Of a stretch of DNA of 64,000 nucleotides, positions 28,806-38,900 are shown one piece after another. The DNA comes from an uncultured Planctomycetales bacterium. GTDB taxonomy: Bacteria > Omnitrophota > Gorgyraeia > Zapsychrales > JANLHA01. The stretch covers positions 85,106 to 149,105 of the forward strand of contig CAZAXH010000001.1 of the NCBI GenBank assembly GCA_964489065.1, written 5' to 3'. The notes under the pieces are model-generated. The model was not told where the DNA came from. It made no database searches and was given only the letters and a program-made list of their open reading frames with translations. Made by a program: the position numbers and the translations under genes. Each line of letters begins with the position of its first letter. The first letter of the stretch is position 1.

Positions 28806-31054
28806 TAAGCCTCACTCCCGTTTTTGTTCATGTGTTCCATCAGCCATTCTTCACGATCCACCAAAATATCCCGGGGCTTACTGCCGCAATAGGGTCCGAC
28901 AAGCCCGTTCTGTTCCATCATGTCAATAAGGCGGGCCGCGCGGGTGTACCCCAGCCTCATCCGCCGTTGCAGTATTGAAACCGAAGCCTGATTGGTTTCG
29001 ATCACCAGCCGGACCGCTTCCTCATAAAGCTCGTCTTTGTTTTCCCCGTCCGCGTCTCCTCCGGATTTCTGTGACGTCAAAATCGTATCGTCATAAGTCG
29101 GGCTCTGCTGATTTTTAATAAAGTTAATTACGTTATGCACCTCTTCATCCGTCACAAAACTGCATTGACCGCGTGTCGGCTTGGCGTCTCCCGGCTTCAT
29201 AAAAAGCATATCTCCTTTTCCTAACAGAGTCTCCGCCCCATTCATATCCAACACCGTACGGGAATCGACCTTAGAAGCGACCTTAAAAGAAATCCTGGCC
29301 GGGAAGTTCGCCTTAATCACCCCGGTAATAACATCAACCGAGGGCCGCTGGGTCGCCAGGATCAGATGGATGCCCACGGCCCGCGACAACTGGGCCAAAC
29401 GGGTGATGGCGCTCTCTACGGTCTTGGCCGACACCTGCATCAAGTCCGCCAGCTCGTCGATGATAATGATAATATACGGGAGATTCAATCCCCGCGCATG
29501 GTAAGCTTTGATATTCCTCACCCCTGCCTTGGACAACATCTGATAACGGTTTTCCATCTCCCCGACCACCCAATTTAACGCAGCAGACACTTTTTTATGG
29601 TCCGTCACCGCCGGACACAGCATATGAGGGATATCATTGTACTGCGTCAACTCAACCATTTTCGGGTCAACCATGAGAAACTTCACCTCATCGGGCGTTG
29701 CGTTAAATAATACGGACATGATCAGGCTGTTGACACAAACGGTTTTTCCGGCTCCGGTGGTCCCTGCGATCAAAAGATGCGGCATATCCCCCAGATCCGC
29801 TACAATAGGGTGGCCTGAAATGTCCTTTCCGATCGCGAGCATTAATTTCGATTTTGATTTCTGAAAATTGCTCCCTTGTAAAACTTCTTTAAGAAAAACG
29901 GCCGCTGTCGAGCTGTTCGGGACCTCTATGCCCACTCTGTTCTTGCCGGGGATAGGAGCCACGATGCGAACAGCCGCCGCCCGCATGGCTAAGGCGATAT
30001 CGTCCGATAACGTGGTGATCCTCTGAATTTTCACCCCGGGAGCGGGCTCCAGCTCATACCGGGTGATCACCGGGCCCCGTTCAATATCCGCCACCCGGGC
30101 GCTGACATTAAAATCATTCAAGGTGTTCTCCAGGGTCCTGGCCCCCTCTTCCAAATCGCTCTGCAGCCGGGTTGTCGAAATCTGCGGGGGGGAAGATAAT
30201 AAATCGAGACTCGGGACAGCATAGTCGCCCACAACGTTAGGATGGGATGAGCCGCCCGTGTCCTCGGGTTCCTTGGTCTTGGTAATATGTATCCGGGGCT
30301 TGCTCGGGGCGGTTGACGCCGTTAAAGATTCCGGAGATTCTTCTCCGTCTTCTTCATACTCTTCTTCTCCCGGATCTTCTGCCGCCGGGGATTTTAGGGA
30401 AGGACCTTTCTTGGACTTCTCGTTATAGGCAGGGATGGCTTTGAACCGTGGTTGAGGTTTGGTGAGTTTTTGGGCTTTTCTTTTTTCCGCCCATTCAAGC
30501 ATTCCGTCCCGGGAACACAATAAAACAGACCGCAAGCTATCCATCAATTTAAAAAGCAACGGCGAAACAAGAAATTCTCCTGTCAGGACAAGCGTCATCG
30601 CTCCCAAAGTGAGTAAAATGATGTACGCGCCGGTCGGGCTTAAATACCGGACCAAATAGTCCGACGTCACAAAACCGATGATCCCGCCCCGTTCAAACCG
30701 CGAAACGCTCATCCCGTCCCCGGTCATAGACAAAAGGGCGCTTATAACGCAAAAAAGGACAAAGGCGATAAACACCTTCGAGAAAGTAAAATCCAGATCC
30801 TGCTGGGAAAACTTGTTCCAACTCCAGAAAAAGAGGAAAAGAATCAGGCAATAAGCGCTGTAACCAAAAGCGAAAAGAAGTGCTCCGGCCGCATAGGCCC
30901 CCACCACGCCAACTAAATTTTTTACAGGAACATACGGCTGAGAATTATACCAAGGCAAATCATCCGGGATAAAAGAAATGAGGCTGGCCAGAAGAATTAA
31001 TCCTATGGCAAGAACAATGATCCCCTGGATTTCATTGAAAAGTTCCTTTTTCAT
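28805..31054 (-). CDS. ftsK: DNA translocase FtsK
   Basis: 749 aa. N-terminal TM helices, Pro/Glu-rich linker, motor domain with Walker A (GTTGAGKT) and C-terminal gamma winged-helix (ILQRRMRLGYTRAARLID). Confidence 0.9.
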   Translation of the reverse strand: MKKELFNEIQGIIVLAIGLILLASLISFIPDDLPWYNSQPYVPVKNLVGVVGAYAAGALLFAFGYSAYCLILFLFFWSWNKFSQQDLDFTFSKVFIAFVLFCVISALLSMTGDGMSVSRFERGGIIGFVTSDYLVRYLSPTGAYIILLTLGAMTLVLTGEFLVSPLLFKLMDSLRSVLLCSRDGMLEWAEKRKAQKLTKPQPRFKAIPAYNEKSKKGPSLKSPAAEDPGEEEYEEDGEESPESLTASTAPSKPRIHITKTKEPEDTGGSSHPNVVGDYAVPSLDLLSSPPQISTTRLQSDLEEGARTLENTLNDFNVSARVADIERGPVITRYELEPAPGVKIQRITTLSDDIALAMRAAAVRIVAPIPGKNRVGIEVPNSSTAAVFLKEVLQGSNFQKSKSKLMLAIGKDISGHPIVADLGDMPHLLIAGTTGAGKTVCVNSLIMSVLFNATPDEVKFLMVDPKMVELTQYNDIPHMLCPAVTDHKKVSAALNWVVGEMENRYQMLSKAGVRNIKAYHARGLNLPYIIIIIDELADLMQVSAKTVESAITRLAQLSRAVGIHLILATQRPSVDVITGVIKANFPARISFKVASKVDSRTVLDMNGAETLLGKGDMLFMKPGDAKPTRGQCSFVTDEEVHNVINFIKNQQSPTYDDTILTSQKSGGDADGENKDELYEEAVRLVIETNQASVSILQRRMRLGYTRAARLIDMMEQNGLVGPYCGSKPRDILVDREEWLMEHMNKNGSEA

Positions 31055-31317
31055 AAGGAATTAATCATTATTGAAACTGGGTTCTCATTAAGAATTAAGG
31101 TATGGGTTCGGTCCGAAAGCGGCACCCTGACGGCCCCCTAAGGGATACAACGATGAAACCTCTCGAAAAAAACAATGATGATGAAGAAACCAGGACCAAA
31201 TTACATCAAAACAATTAAACGGGAGATCATATCGCTGAAAGACCTCCCAAGGATCTCATTCTTTATTTTCTACCGAATCATAAAAATTGCAAACTATTTC
31301 TAATATTTATGCCAGTA

Positions 31318-33429
31318 TTATTCTTCGGCTTCCGCCTGCTTCTTGCTAAGATTAATCCGCTTCAATTTGTCAATTTCAATCAGCTTCACTTTAAAACGGT
31401 CGCCTTCGTGCACAACGCTGGTGCAGTCCTTCACATAACTGGTGGACAACTCTGACACATGCACCAATCCTTCTTTCCCGGGCAGAAATTCCACGAAGGC
31501 CCCGAAATTCATCACACGTTTTACCGTCCCCATATAAATTTTCCCGATTTCGGGTTCTTCGACCAGCCCCTTGACGATAGCCAGCGCCTTTTCCGCGGCA
31601 GCACGGTCTGTGGAAGCGATGAGCACCTTGCCGTCATCTTCAATGTCAATCGAAGTCACGCCAGAATCTTCCATGATCTTCTTTATAACTTTCCCTCCCG
31701 GCCCGATCACTTCTCCGATTTTATCCGTCGGAATCTGACAAGACAGGATTCTGGGGGCATATTCTGAAAGCTCTTCCCTCGGAGAGGCGATAGCGGCATG
31801 CATTTTATCAAGAATAAGCAACCGCGCTTCCCTGGCTTGCTCCAGGGCCTTTGAAAGGAGTTCCAAGCTGACATTCTTAATTTTTAAATCCAGCTGAATA
31901 GCCGTTACCCCTTTCCGGGTTCCCGCCACTTTAAAATCCATGTCCCCGAAATGATCTTCCAGTCCCATAATATCGGTTAAAAGGATGGCCTTATCATCAT
32001 ACGTAATCAACCCAATGGATATCCCGGCCACCGTATCTTTGATCGGCACACCGGCATCCATCAAGGACAAACAGCCGGAACAGACCGAGGCCATGCTGGA
32101 TGACCCGTTGGACTCCAGGATTTCAGACACAACCCGTATCGTGTAAGGAAACTCCTCTTTAGAGGGCAAGACAGGGACAAGCGCTCTGGCAGACAGGGCC
32201 CCATGCCCGATCTCCCTCCGCCCCGGCCCTCGCATTGGCTTGGTCTCCCCAACGCTAAAAGACGGAAAATTATAATGAAGCATAAAATTTTTATACGTGG
32301 TTTCTTCCAAAGATTCAATGAGCTGTTCATCCCGTTTCGTCCCCAAGGTGACAATGGCCAGACTCTGCGTCTGCCCGCGGGTAAAGAGGCTGGCCCCGTG
32401 CGTGCGCGGCAAGACATTCACCTCACAGGATATGGGGCGTATTTCCTTCAACCCCCGGCCGTCGGCACGGCGGCCTTCTTCAATAATCAGGCGACGCACC
32501 TCCTCGTATTCAATCTGGTCAAAAATCCGGCGTAGCAGGGCCTCTGAAATAACCTCATCCTCGTTCTGTTTAAATGTTTCAAAGACCGACATGTCCCGCA
32601 CCAATCCTTCAAACAGCTCATGCAGGGCTTCTTCCCGCTCACTTTTTTCGCCGATCTTATAGATCTCCGCCAAACGGTCTTTACACAGTCCCCTGATTTT
32701 TTCGACCAAGGCCGGATGGGGTAACCGGACCTCAACATTTATTTTGGGTTTGCCGATTTGTCGCTGCAACTCACTTTGTATCGCCGCAATGGGGAGCAAG
32801 GCCTCATAACCGAATCTAAGGGCATTCAGTATCTTCTCTTCCGGGACAGCTTTCGCATCCCCCTCAATCATGGTGAGCCCTTTCTCGTGACCGACTAAAA
32901 TAAAGTCCAGCTCGCTCTCGTCTCTCTGTTGGTAGGTCGGGTTTAAAACAAACTCTCCGTCAACACAACCAACCCGTACCGCACCCAAAGGAAACTCAAA
33001 AGGAATATCCGAGACTAAAAGGGCCGCGGACGCTCCAACCAAAGCCAAAATATCCGGGTCATATTCCCCATCACTACTCAAAACAGAGGCGACAATCTGC
33101 ACATCATTATATAATCCATCCGGGAATAACGGCCGTATAGGCCGGTCAATCACCCTGGCGGTCAGAATCTCTTTTTCCGTTGGGCGGCCTTCTCTTTTAA
33201 AAAAGCCTCCGGGAATACGGCCTGCGGAATACGTTTTTTCCTGATATTCCACCATAAGCGGGAAAAAATCAACCCCTTCTTTAGGCTTTCTTGCCATACA
33301 AGCAGTCACTAAAACGACATTACCCCCATAGGTGACCGTAACCGCCCCGTTCGCTTGCTTAGCGAGCCGGCCACTTTCAATAATTAGATTCTGGGCACCG
33401 AAAGGAATTTCAATTCGTCCTAACGTCAT
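31318..33429 (-). CDS. pnp: Polyribonucleotide nucleotidyltransferase (PNPase)
   Basis: 703 aa. Two RNase PH domains, KH and S1 domains. rpsO lies immediately upstream. Confidence 0.95.
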   Translation of the reverse strand: MTLGRIEIPFGAQNLIIESGRLAKQANGAVTVTYGGNVVLVTACMARKPKEGVDFFPLMVEYQEKTYSAGRIPGGFFKREGRPTEKEILTARVIDRPIRPLFPDGLYNDVQIVASVLSSDGEYDPDILALVGASAALLVSDIPFEFPLGAVRVGCVDGEFVLNPTYQQRDESELDFILVGHEKGLTMIEGDAKAVPEEKILNALRFGYEALLPIAAIQSELQRQIGKPKINVEVRLPHPALVEKIRGLCKDRLAEIYKIGEKSEREEALHELFEGLVRDMSVFETFKQNEDEVISEALLRRIFDQIEYEEVRRLIIEEGRRADGRGLKEIRPISCEVNVLPRTHGASLFTRGQTQSLAIVTLGTKRDEQLIESLEETTYKNFMLHYNFPSFSVGETKPMRGPGRREIGHGALSARALVPVLPSKEEFPYTIRVVSEILESNGSSSMASVCSGCLSLMDAGVPIKDTVAGISIGLITYDDKAILLTDIMGLEDHFGDMDFKVAGTRKGVTAIQLDLKIKNVSLELLSKALEQAREARLLILDKMHAAIASPREELSEYAPRILSCQIPTDKIGEVIGPGGKVIKKIMEDSGVTSIDIEDDGKVLIASTDRAAAEKALAIVKGLVEEPEIGKIYMGTVKRVMNFGAFVEFLPGKEGLVHVSELSTSYVKDCTSVVHEGDRFKVKLIEIDKLKRINLSKKQAEAEE

Positions 33430-33438
33430 GAATTAACC

Positions 33439-33708
33439 TCATTTACGTAAATCAAGTTTTTTAATGGTTTCTTCGTATCTCTGGGGATTCTTACTTTTCA
33501 GGTAGGATAAAAGACGCCGCCTTTTACCAATCATCATAAGCAACCCGCGCCGGGAATGGAAATCCTTGCGATGGACCTTTAAATGTTCCGAGAGATAATT
33601 AATTTTTTCAGTCAACAAAGCCACCTGGACCTCTGCCGATCCCGTATCTTTGGCATGAATTCTGAAATTATCGATCACTTCACTTTTTCTTTCCTTAAGT
33701 AACACCAA
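33439..33708 (-). CDS. rpsO: 30S ribosomal protein S15
   Basis: 89 aa. HAKDTGS...[14 protein letters not shown] is the classic S15 sequence. Confidence 0.95.
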   Translation of the reverse strand: MVLLKERKSEVIDNFRIHAKDTGSAEVQVALLTEKINYLSEHLKVHRKDFHSRRGLLMMIGKRRRLLSYLKSKNPQRYEETIKKLDLRK

Positions 33709-33826
33709 TTTTCCTTCTCCTCCTTAAACAGTTAATATTTTCAATATTTATAAACGTGGGGTATTATACACTCTGCCTTCTCAATAGTCAAGCTTCATAA
33801 ATCCACGCCCAAGGAAGCACTCCCGA

Positions 33827-34210
33827 TCAATTTTGAGCCGGTGCCTCGCCAGGCGGAAGCGCCTTAGGCCGTGCGGGCTTACGGGCGGGGCGCTTTCTGG
33901 GGGTTTTTAAATTCTGCTGCAACTGCCCCAAATTTTTCTCCAGTTTATGATATTCCACAATTAATTTTTTCATTTTCGGGGAATGGGGGCCGGGGAATTT
34001 AGCCTTCATATATTCCTTCCCCAACAGATGAAACAGGTGTTCCTGTTTTAACTTCAGCGCCGCTGAATCTATATGGATCTTCCCCACTCGGGAAAACTTG
34101 ACAACCTCCTCCTCACCACGTTTGGCGATCTTTAATGCCTCCTCACTGACCCGCTTCAATTCCTTTTTAATCTTAGGCCATTCTTTTTTAAAATCATATT
34201 GCTCTTCCAT
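33827..34210 (-). CDS. Hypothetical coiled-coil protein with basic Pro-rich tail
   Basis: 127 aa, Lys/Glu-rich. No motif recognised. Confidence 0.3.
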   Translation of the reverse strand: MEEQYDFKKEWPKIKKELKRVSEEALKIAKRGEEEVVKFSRVGKIHIDSAALKLKQEHLFHLLGKEYMKAKFPGPHSPKMKKLIVEYHKLEKNLGQLQQNLKTPRKRPARKPARPKALPPGEAPAQN

Positions 34211-34361
34211 CTCCCTCCCCTCCTTTTATGCAAATCTGATATTGACTTCATGTTACATAATCTGGAGAATTAACGTATTCAATGTGCCATATTTTGCATT
34301 AAATATCAAGAACTATTATCTTCCTATTGAAGATTTTAATTTTTTTAGCTATACTAAAACC

Positions 34362-34589
34362 ATGAAAGGTTTTATTTTTGCATTAGTCGGAGTGGCCTGG
34401 ATGTTAGTCCTCTATTTCGGATGGATGACCTTTGTCGGGCGGACTTATTCCGGCGCCCCGGAAACCAACTCCACCGAAACACTAAAACAAAAAAGATACA
34501 CCACGCGGCAGGCGGAAGACATCAAAAAAAAGCAGCGCCTCCTGCTGCAAGAACGAGAACAACGCATGCGAGATATTCAACGTCGATAA
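34362..34589 (+). CDS. Small membrane protein (single TM), hypothetical
   Basis: The ATG at 34362 is preceded by a TATACT box and gives MKGFIFALVGVAWMLVLYFGW... with a basic C-terminus. The upstream part of the 34098 ORF overlaps the opposite-strand gene and is discounted. Confidence 0.3.
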   Translation: MKGFIFALVGVAWMLVLYFGWMTFVGRTYSGAPETNSTETLKQKRYTTRQAEDIKKKQRLLLQEREQRMRDIQRR

Positions 34590-34605
34590 CCTCAGGCTAA
34601 CATTC

Positions 34606-34869
34606 ATGAAAAGCAAAAAGATAACCCCACGTAATGTTTGGTGGCTTCTTTTTTTTGCCCTTTGGCTGGGCAGCTTAGCCGGGTGCGAAAAGACTTCCCC
34701 GTCTTCAGAAGAAACCCCGGCCTCCGGAGCCGCGCTTGAAAATCTTTTTGCCGGATCAGGGGACATGGAAAAAACGCAAGAAGCCAGAAAATTGCAGCAG
34801 GAAAAAATGCTCCAACAGCAAAAAGAACTACAAAAAAAACGTCTCGATTCCTACGACCCCCACCGTTAA
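34606..34869 (+). CDS. Small lipoprotein (lipobox LAGC)
   Basis: 87 aa. Signal peptide WWLLFFALWLGSLAGC followed by a low-complexity Gln/Lys-rich mature region. Confidence 0.4.
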   Translation: MKSKKITPRNVWWLLFFALWLGSLAGCEKTSPSSEETPASGAALENLFAGSGDMEKTQEARKLQQEKMLQQQKELQKKRLDSYDPHR

Positions 34870-34956
34870 AGACCTCAGCCCCTGCCTTCAGGATTTCCGC
34901 CAGAAGATATTTCTGAAAAATTATGACCGCAAAGACGACACATCGGGAAGCTTTCT

Positions 34957-36780
34957 CTATAACCGTAAAAGGCCGGGATAAAGCAACGAATGGGCCTGGT
35001 TCCCAAATGCAGGTTCACCAGATATCCCCTGCACTTGCCCCAACGCCCGGAGAAAACGCCGCTCATTGAGTACGCGTAACGGGACAAGGCCGTCTTTTTG
35101 CAGGAACAGGACATCCGTATCTGGGACACGCCGGGCTTTAGACATAAAAAGAAAGCCCTGTTTAATACTGGCGGGGAAGGAAGCGACAATCATCTGGGCT
35201 TGTTTTAATTTATCCGCGTCCGGCAAACAACTGGTCTCAGACGGATTACAGGCGGGATCGAAAAAGTACTGCCGGCCGAATAAAACAGCGCCCACCGCTT
35301 CAATGGCCTTCGGGTTATCCGGTTCCAAATCAATGGCATAAGGTACTAATGTTTTAAAACCCGAAGCAAAAAGCGTATGACGCAACACAGGCCAGGAAAT
35401 TTTTGATAAAGGCCCGCTCTTCTCCGAAGACAAAAAGGCCGAGGAAGCCATAACCGCGTACCCCTCGGGCGCTATATGGGCGGCGACCAGCCGGAAAAAC
35501 TCCCAGGTATAATACTGCCCCGTAGCGAAATCAACGGCGTTGGGATAGTGGACATAAACAGCGTCAAATTCATCTTTGTTGTTTTTCAGAAAGCTGAAGG
35601 CCTCCTGAAAGACGAGTTGAATCCTGGGATCCTGTAACGCCCCGGCCATAATGCTGTAACTCATCACCGGCTCCCCCTCCAGCAAGGCCATCACGGATTC
35701 ATCAATTCCAGCCACGGTGATCTTCTCTATTCCGGTATATTTCACGATATCTTTCAATAAAAAAAGCCCTGTGTCCCCCAACACTAAAACCCGCCGAGGC
35801 ACATTCCCTCTGAGGGAAACCGGGATATGAACAAAATATTCCTGGAAAAATTCATCCCACTGGGAATTCATGATTAACTGCTGATTCCAAAAAAACAGAT
35901 ACCCCCAGGGATAAGCAGGATCTTCCAAATATTTCTTACTATAAGATGTCAGCAACCAAATATCCAGGGGATTAGGAGAAAATGGAACAATATCAACATA
36001 CCCATTATGCACTGGATGACGGATAACATCAGGCCAGGATTCTTTAACCCGCAAAATATCGGGCAAGCGATGGACAGGTTCAACGAAATATGTCTTTTTC
36101 AAAAAATACTGTCCCACAAGGGACACCCGGATCATCACGATAACAATAAAAACCGTCAACGCGCTCGCGACTATAATGTGCCTCTTCTGGTTTACAGCTT
36201 GATTTCCCAACAGCAGAATCAAAACCCACATGACAGCCAGCAGGGATAACCCCAAACCCAGCCCCAGCAGCGCCAAGTCTCTATGGACCCAAGGCAACAG
36301 CGTGGCCAATAAACCCGCCGCGCCATATCCTAAAAACTGTAATCTCATCTGCCAGACCATGGAAGCCTTAGGATATTCTGTTTCCCGGGACCAGCACATA
36401 AATTCAGCAAGCAGCCTTCCAGACAACCAGCTGATCATAAAAATCAGCCCGGCTAATCCCACGATAAAAACACCCCGGCCTCCCAGCCCGCCAAACTGAT
36501 CTGAAAAATATAAGCTTACAAAATAAAAAATATAAAGTACTGGGATGGCGGCGGCCACAATAGCGCTAAAAAAAAGCCCGGGCATAATAACAGCGAACCG
36601 GCCCTCGGACGGTCGCCGCAGCCCTTTCCAAAACCCGATGGCATGCATGCCAAGATAGGCCCCGACAACCAGGCTAAACCAGAACACCTCGTTGTGAAAA
36701 AATAAACTCAAAATTTGAGCCATGAATAATACGACACAAAAACTGCAGGCAGAAAGGATAAAAATAATTAGCGGCATCAT
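34957..36780 (-). CDS. Fusion of polytopic membrane domain with C-terminal spermidine-synthase-like (class I MTase fold) domain
   Basis: 607 aa. N-terminal half has about 8 TM helices. C-terminal RVLVLGDTGLFLLKDIVKYTGIEKITVAGIDESV resembles the spermidine/spermine synthase VLIIGGGDGG...VE.D motif. Confidence 0.5.
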   Translation of the reverse strand: MMPLIIFILSACSFCVVLFMAQILSLFFHNEVFWFSLVVGAYLGMHAIGFWKGLRRPSEGRFAVIMPGLFFSAIVAAAIPVLYIFYFVSLYFSDQFGGLGGRGVFIVGLAGLIFMISWLSGRLLAEFMCWSRETEYPKASMVWQMRLQFLGYGAAGLLATLLPWVHRDLALLGLGLGLSLLAVMWVLILLLGNQAVNQKRHIIVASALTVFIVIVMIRVSLVGQYFLKKTYFVEPVHRLPDILRVKESWPDVIRHPVHNGYVDIVPFSPNPLDIWLLTSYSKKYLEDPAYPWGYLFFWNQQLIMNSQWDEFFQEYFVHIPVSLRGNVPRRVLVLGDTGLFLLKDIVKYTGIEKITVAGIDESVMALLEGEPVMSYSIMAGALQDPRIQLVFQEAFSFLKNNKDEFDAVYVHYPNAVDFATGQYYTWEFFRLVAAHIAPEGYAVMASSAFLSSEKSGPLSKISWPVLRHTLFASGFKTLVPYAIDLEPDNPKAIEAVGAVLFGRQYFFDPACNPSETSCLPDADKLKQAQMIVASFPASIKQGFLFMSKARRVPDTDVLFLQKDGLVPLRVLNERRFLRALGQVQGISGEPAFGNQAHSLLYPGLLRL

Positions 36781-36860
36781 AAATAATCAGCCTCCCGAAA
36801 AATGGCCAAAATTGCAGGAAACCGGATGTCTCTTCCCGGGAATATCTGTGGCCTGTTATA

Positions 36861-37030
36861 AATCAAAGGCATGAACCCCGCAGAACAAGCTCTGGACTCC
36901 ATTAACCGCAGTAAGCCGCGAGGAATTCTCTTGATTAAACCAATATTCTTCGACTCACTCGCTCAGGATCAATTCGCATTTCTCATTTACACTCCCTTGG
37001 GTCGTGTAAACTCAATGCTCATGGAATAAA
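36861..37030 (+). repeat. Intergenic repeat family, copy B (full length: 5' module, middle module, 3' hairpin module)
   Basis: AAATCAAAGGcatgaaCCCCgcagaacaagctCTGGACTCcATTAACCGCagtaagccgcgagg...cgactcactcgct...aattcgcatttctcatttacactcccttgggtcgtgtaaactcaatgctcatggaataaa. Confidence 0.85.
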
Positions 37031-37143
37031 AAATTCCCCGGCCCGGGTAGTATTTTAATATATCCCCCGCGTTTTGCAAGAAAAGATACTGCCGAAATTC
37101 ATTTCCAAAAAGGCCGACAGACATAACGGCAGAAGGTTCCACG

Positions 37144-38493
37144 CTATGGGGTCGGGGTTGGAGTTGGGGTCGGCGTCCGGGTTGGCGTCGGCGTCGGAGT
37201 GTTGGTTGGAGTCGGCGTCACTGTCGGTGTTGGCGTCACCGTTGGTGTTGGCGTCACTGTCGGCGTCGGCGTGTTGGTTGGAGTCGGCGTCGGAGTCGGC
37301 GTATTAGTCGGCGTCGGCGTCGGGGTTGGAGTCGGCGTCGGAGTCCGGGTCGGGGTCGGCGTCGGAGTCGGGGTACAGCTAGGAACTGTACAGGGAATTG
37401 TCGAAGGCGGTTGGGTTGTAGAATTGCAATAGGAGTTCGCAACAGTTGAGCCGCCCATGTCCTCACACCAAACCGGCCGGACACACGTTCCTCCGTTGGG
37501 AACACTCGGAGTTCCGCAGGTGCCAGTACAGGGGCCGCACGCACCGAAATCCCACGAACACCACCCGCAATCGGCATAACAGGCGTCACAATCTTCGGTC
37601 GCGGGGTAATTACATGTCCCGTCTCCGCATAATGAACCGCAGTCCCAGGAGCAGTTAACACTCGTTTCACCCGCGCAGGAATCACAAACAAAATTACCGC
37701 ATACCGCCGTACAGTCCGACGTACAGGCCACAGTCCCTCCCCCGCCGCAATATGACTCCAAACTCGTCGTGCAAACCAAATCCCCGCAACAGGGCTGGCA
37801 CGCCACGCAGGATAAACAGGCCCCGGGAGCCGTACAATCAAAGGAGGGATGACCGCAAACAATCGGGCAGTCAGCCGCGCAACTCAAAGGATCCTCGTTG
37901 CAGATCCCGTCCCCGCAACATGGCGAACACGCCGCGCAAATGCCGCATTGCCCGGCACAATTAAAGCCCGGCTCCCCGCAAACCGGAGTTCCGCAATCCG
38001 TTGGGCAGGAAAGATACGTCTCCCCGCCGCTGCATGCCCCGTCCCCGCAGCACGGCTGACAGGCCGCGCAACCGGCACAATTTGCCGGCAGGTCACAATT
38101 AAACGTCGGATCCCCGCATTCCGGAGGGCAGTCGGCCGGACAGTTGGTCTTATCTTCCACATAAAGCGGGGGAATATTAACATTATCACAGCTCCCGTTT
38201 CCACAGCACGGCGAACAGGCCGGACAATTCGTGCATCCTTCAACATCAAAACTAAGTCTAACCTGCCAACAATATACCAAATCCGGGCAGGTCAAGGATA
38301 CAAAACAATTATCGGCGGTACATATTTCTGCAGTTTCGGCATTAATTTGATTAAGGGACTGCTTAAAACTTCCCATAACTGCGCCGCGGAAAGGGCCGAA
38401 AGGCCCGATAAAAGACAGGATAGCGACAACCACAACTGCGACAAGCAGTAAATATTCGATAATTTGTTGTGCCGTCTTATTGATGAGTCGCAT
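37144..38493 (-). CDS. Chimeric Flp/class-III-signal-peptide-like pilin: N-terminal pilin-type hydrophobic segment, five or six Cys-rich repeats (CxxCxPCCGDGxC ... CPxDC) and a C-terminal (Thr-Pro)n tail
   Basis: 449 aa. N-terminus [28 protein letters not shown]. Repeats [56 protein letters not shown]. Tail is about 80 residues of [16 protein letters not shown]... Confidence 0.55.
   Translation of the reverse strand: MRLINKTAQQIIEYLLLVAVVVVAILSFIGPFGPFRGAVMGSFKQSLNQINAETAEICTADNCFVSLTCPDLVYCWQVRLSFDVEGCTNCPACSPCCGNGSCDNVNIPPLYVEDKTNCPADCPPECGDPTFNCDLPANCAGCAACQPCCGDGACSGGETYLSCPTDCGTPVCGEPGFNCAGQCGICAACSPCCGDGICNEDPLSCAADCPIVCGHPSFDCTAPGACLSCVACQPCCGDLVCTTSLESYCGGGGTVACTSDCTAVCGNFVCDSCAGETSVNCSWDCGSLCGDGTCNYPATEDCDACYADCGWCSWDFGACGPCTGTCGTPSVPNGGTCVRPVWCEDMGGSTVANSYCNSTTQPPSTIPCTVPSCTPTPTPTPTRTPTPTPTPTPTPTNTPTPTPTPTNTPTPTVTPTPTVTPTPTVTPTPTNTPTPTPTRTPTPTPTPTP
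37150..37380. repeat. Hexanucleotide-periodic tandem repeat (GGCGTC/GGAGTC units) encoding the (TP)n tail
   Basis: 230 bp of near-perfect 6- and 12-bp periodicity (ggggtcggcgtcggagtc...). Confidence 0.8.
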
Positions 38494-38626
38494 ATTTTAA
38501 AAATTTTTTTAAAAATAACGAAAACCAGAAGCAGTATATCATATTTCTCCAGAAACCAGAAAATATTCTTCTAAAACAGAGTCTTGGCAAGACAACATAA
38601 AAGGATTTCATCCACAGGAAAGGGAT

Positions 38627-38845
38627 TTAGGGGTTAAGAAGCGTCAACGTGCCGGCAGCATCACCCCAAACCATCCCAGCAACATCCACCATCCCCTGTA
38701 CCGGAGCATTAAGAGACCGTTCATACCCGGTTCGGAACTCACCGCCCGGGCTCATAAATACAAAAATGACAACCACAACGATTGTAAATAATAGTAAGAA
38801 TTCAATCGTGTGTTGCCCTGAGTGATTATGAATCATTTTTAACAT
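38627..38845 (-). CDS. Flp-family type IVb pilin (class III signal peptide)
   Basis: 72 aa. MLKMIHNHSGQHTIEFLLLFTIVVVVIFV matches the Flp prepilin G/xxxxEF(Y) processing motif followed by a hydrophobic helix. Confidence 0.6.
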   Translation of the reverse strand: MLKMIHNHSGQHTIEFLLLFTIVVVVIFVFMSPGGEFRTGYERSLNAPVQGMVDVAGMVWGDAAGTLTLLNP

Positions 38846-38900
38846 TTTCCTCGCCTCACGGTATAGTATATCATATTTTAAATAAAAATAAAGAATTCAG

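Noticed and set aside
37199-37862. Alternative-frame ORFs inside the pilin gene (37199..37432 plus-strand GV-repeat; 37254..37862 minus-strand Arg-rich)
   Set aside because: These are products of the hexanucleotide repeat read in other frames or on the other strand (GVGVGV..., [11 protein letters not shown]...). They overlap the better-supported Cys-rich pilin frame.
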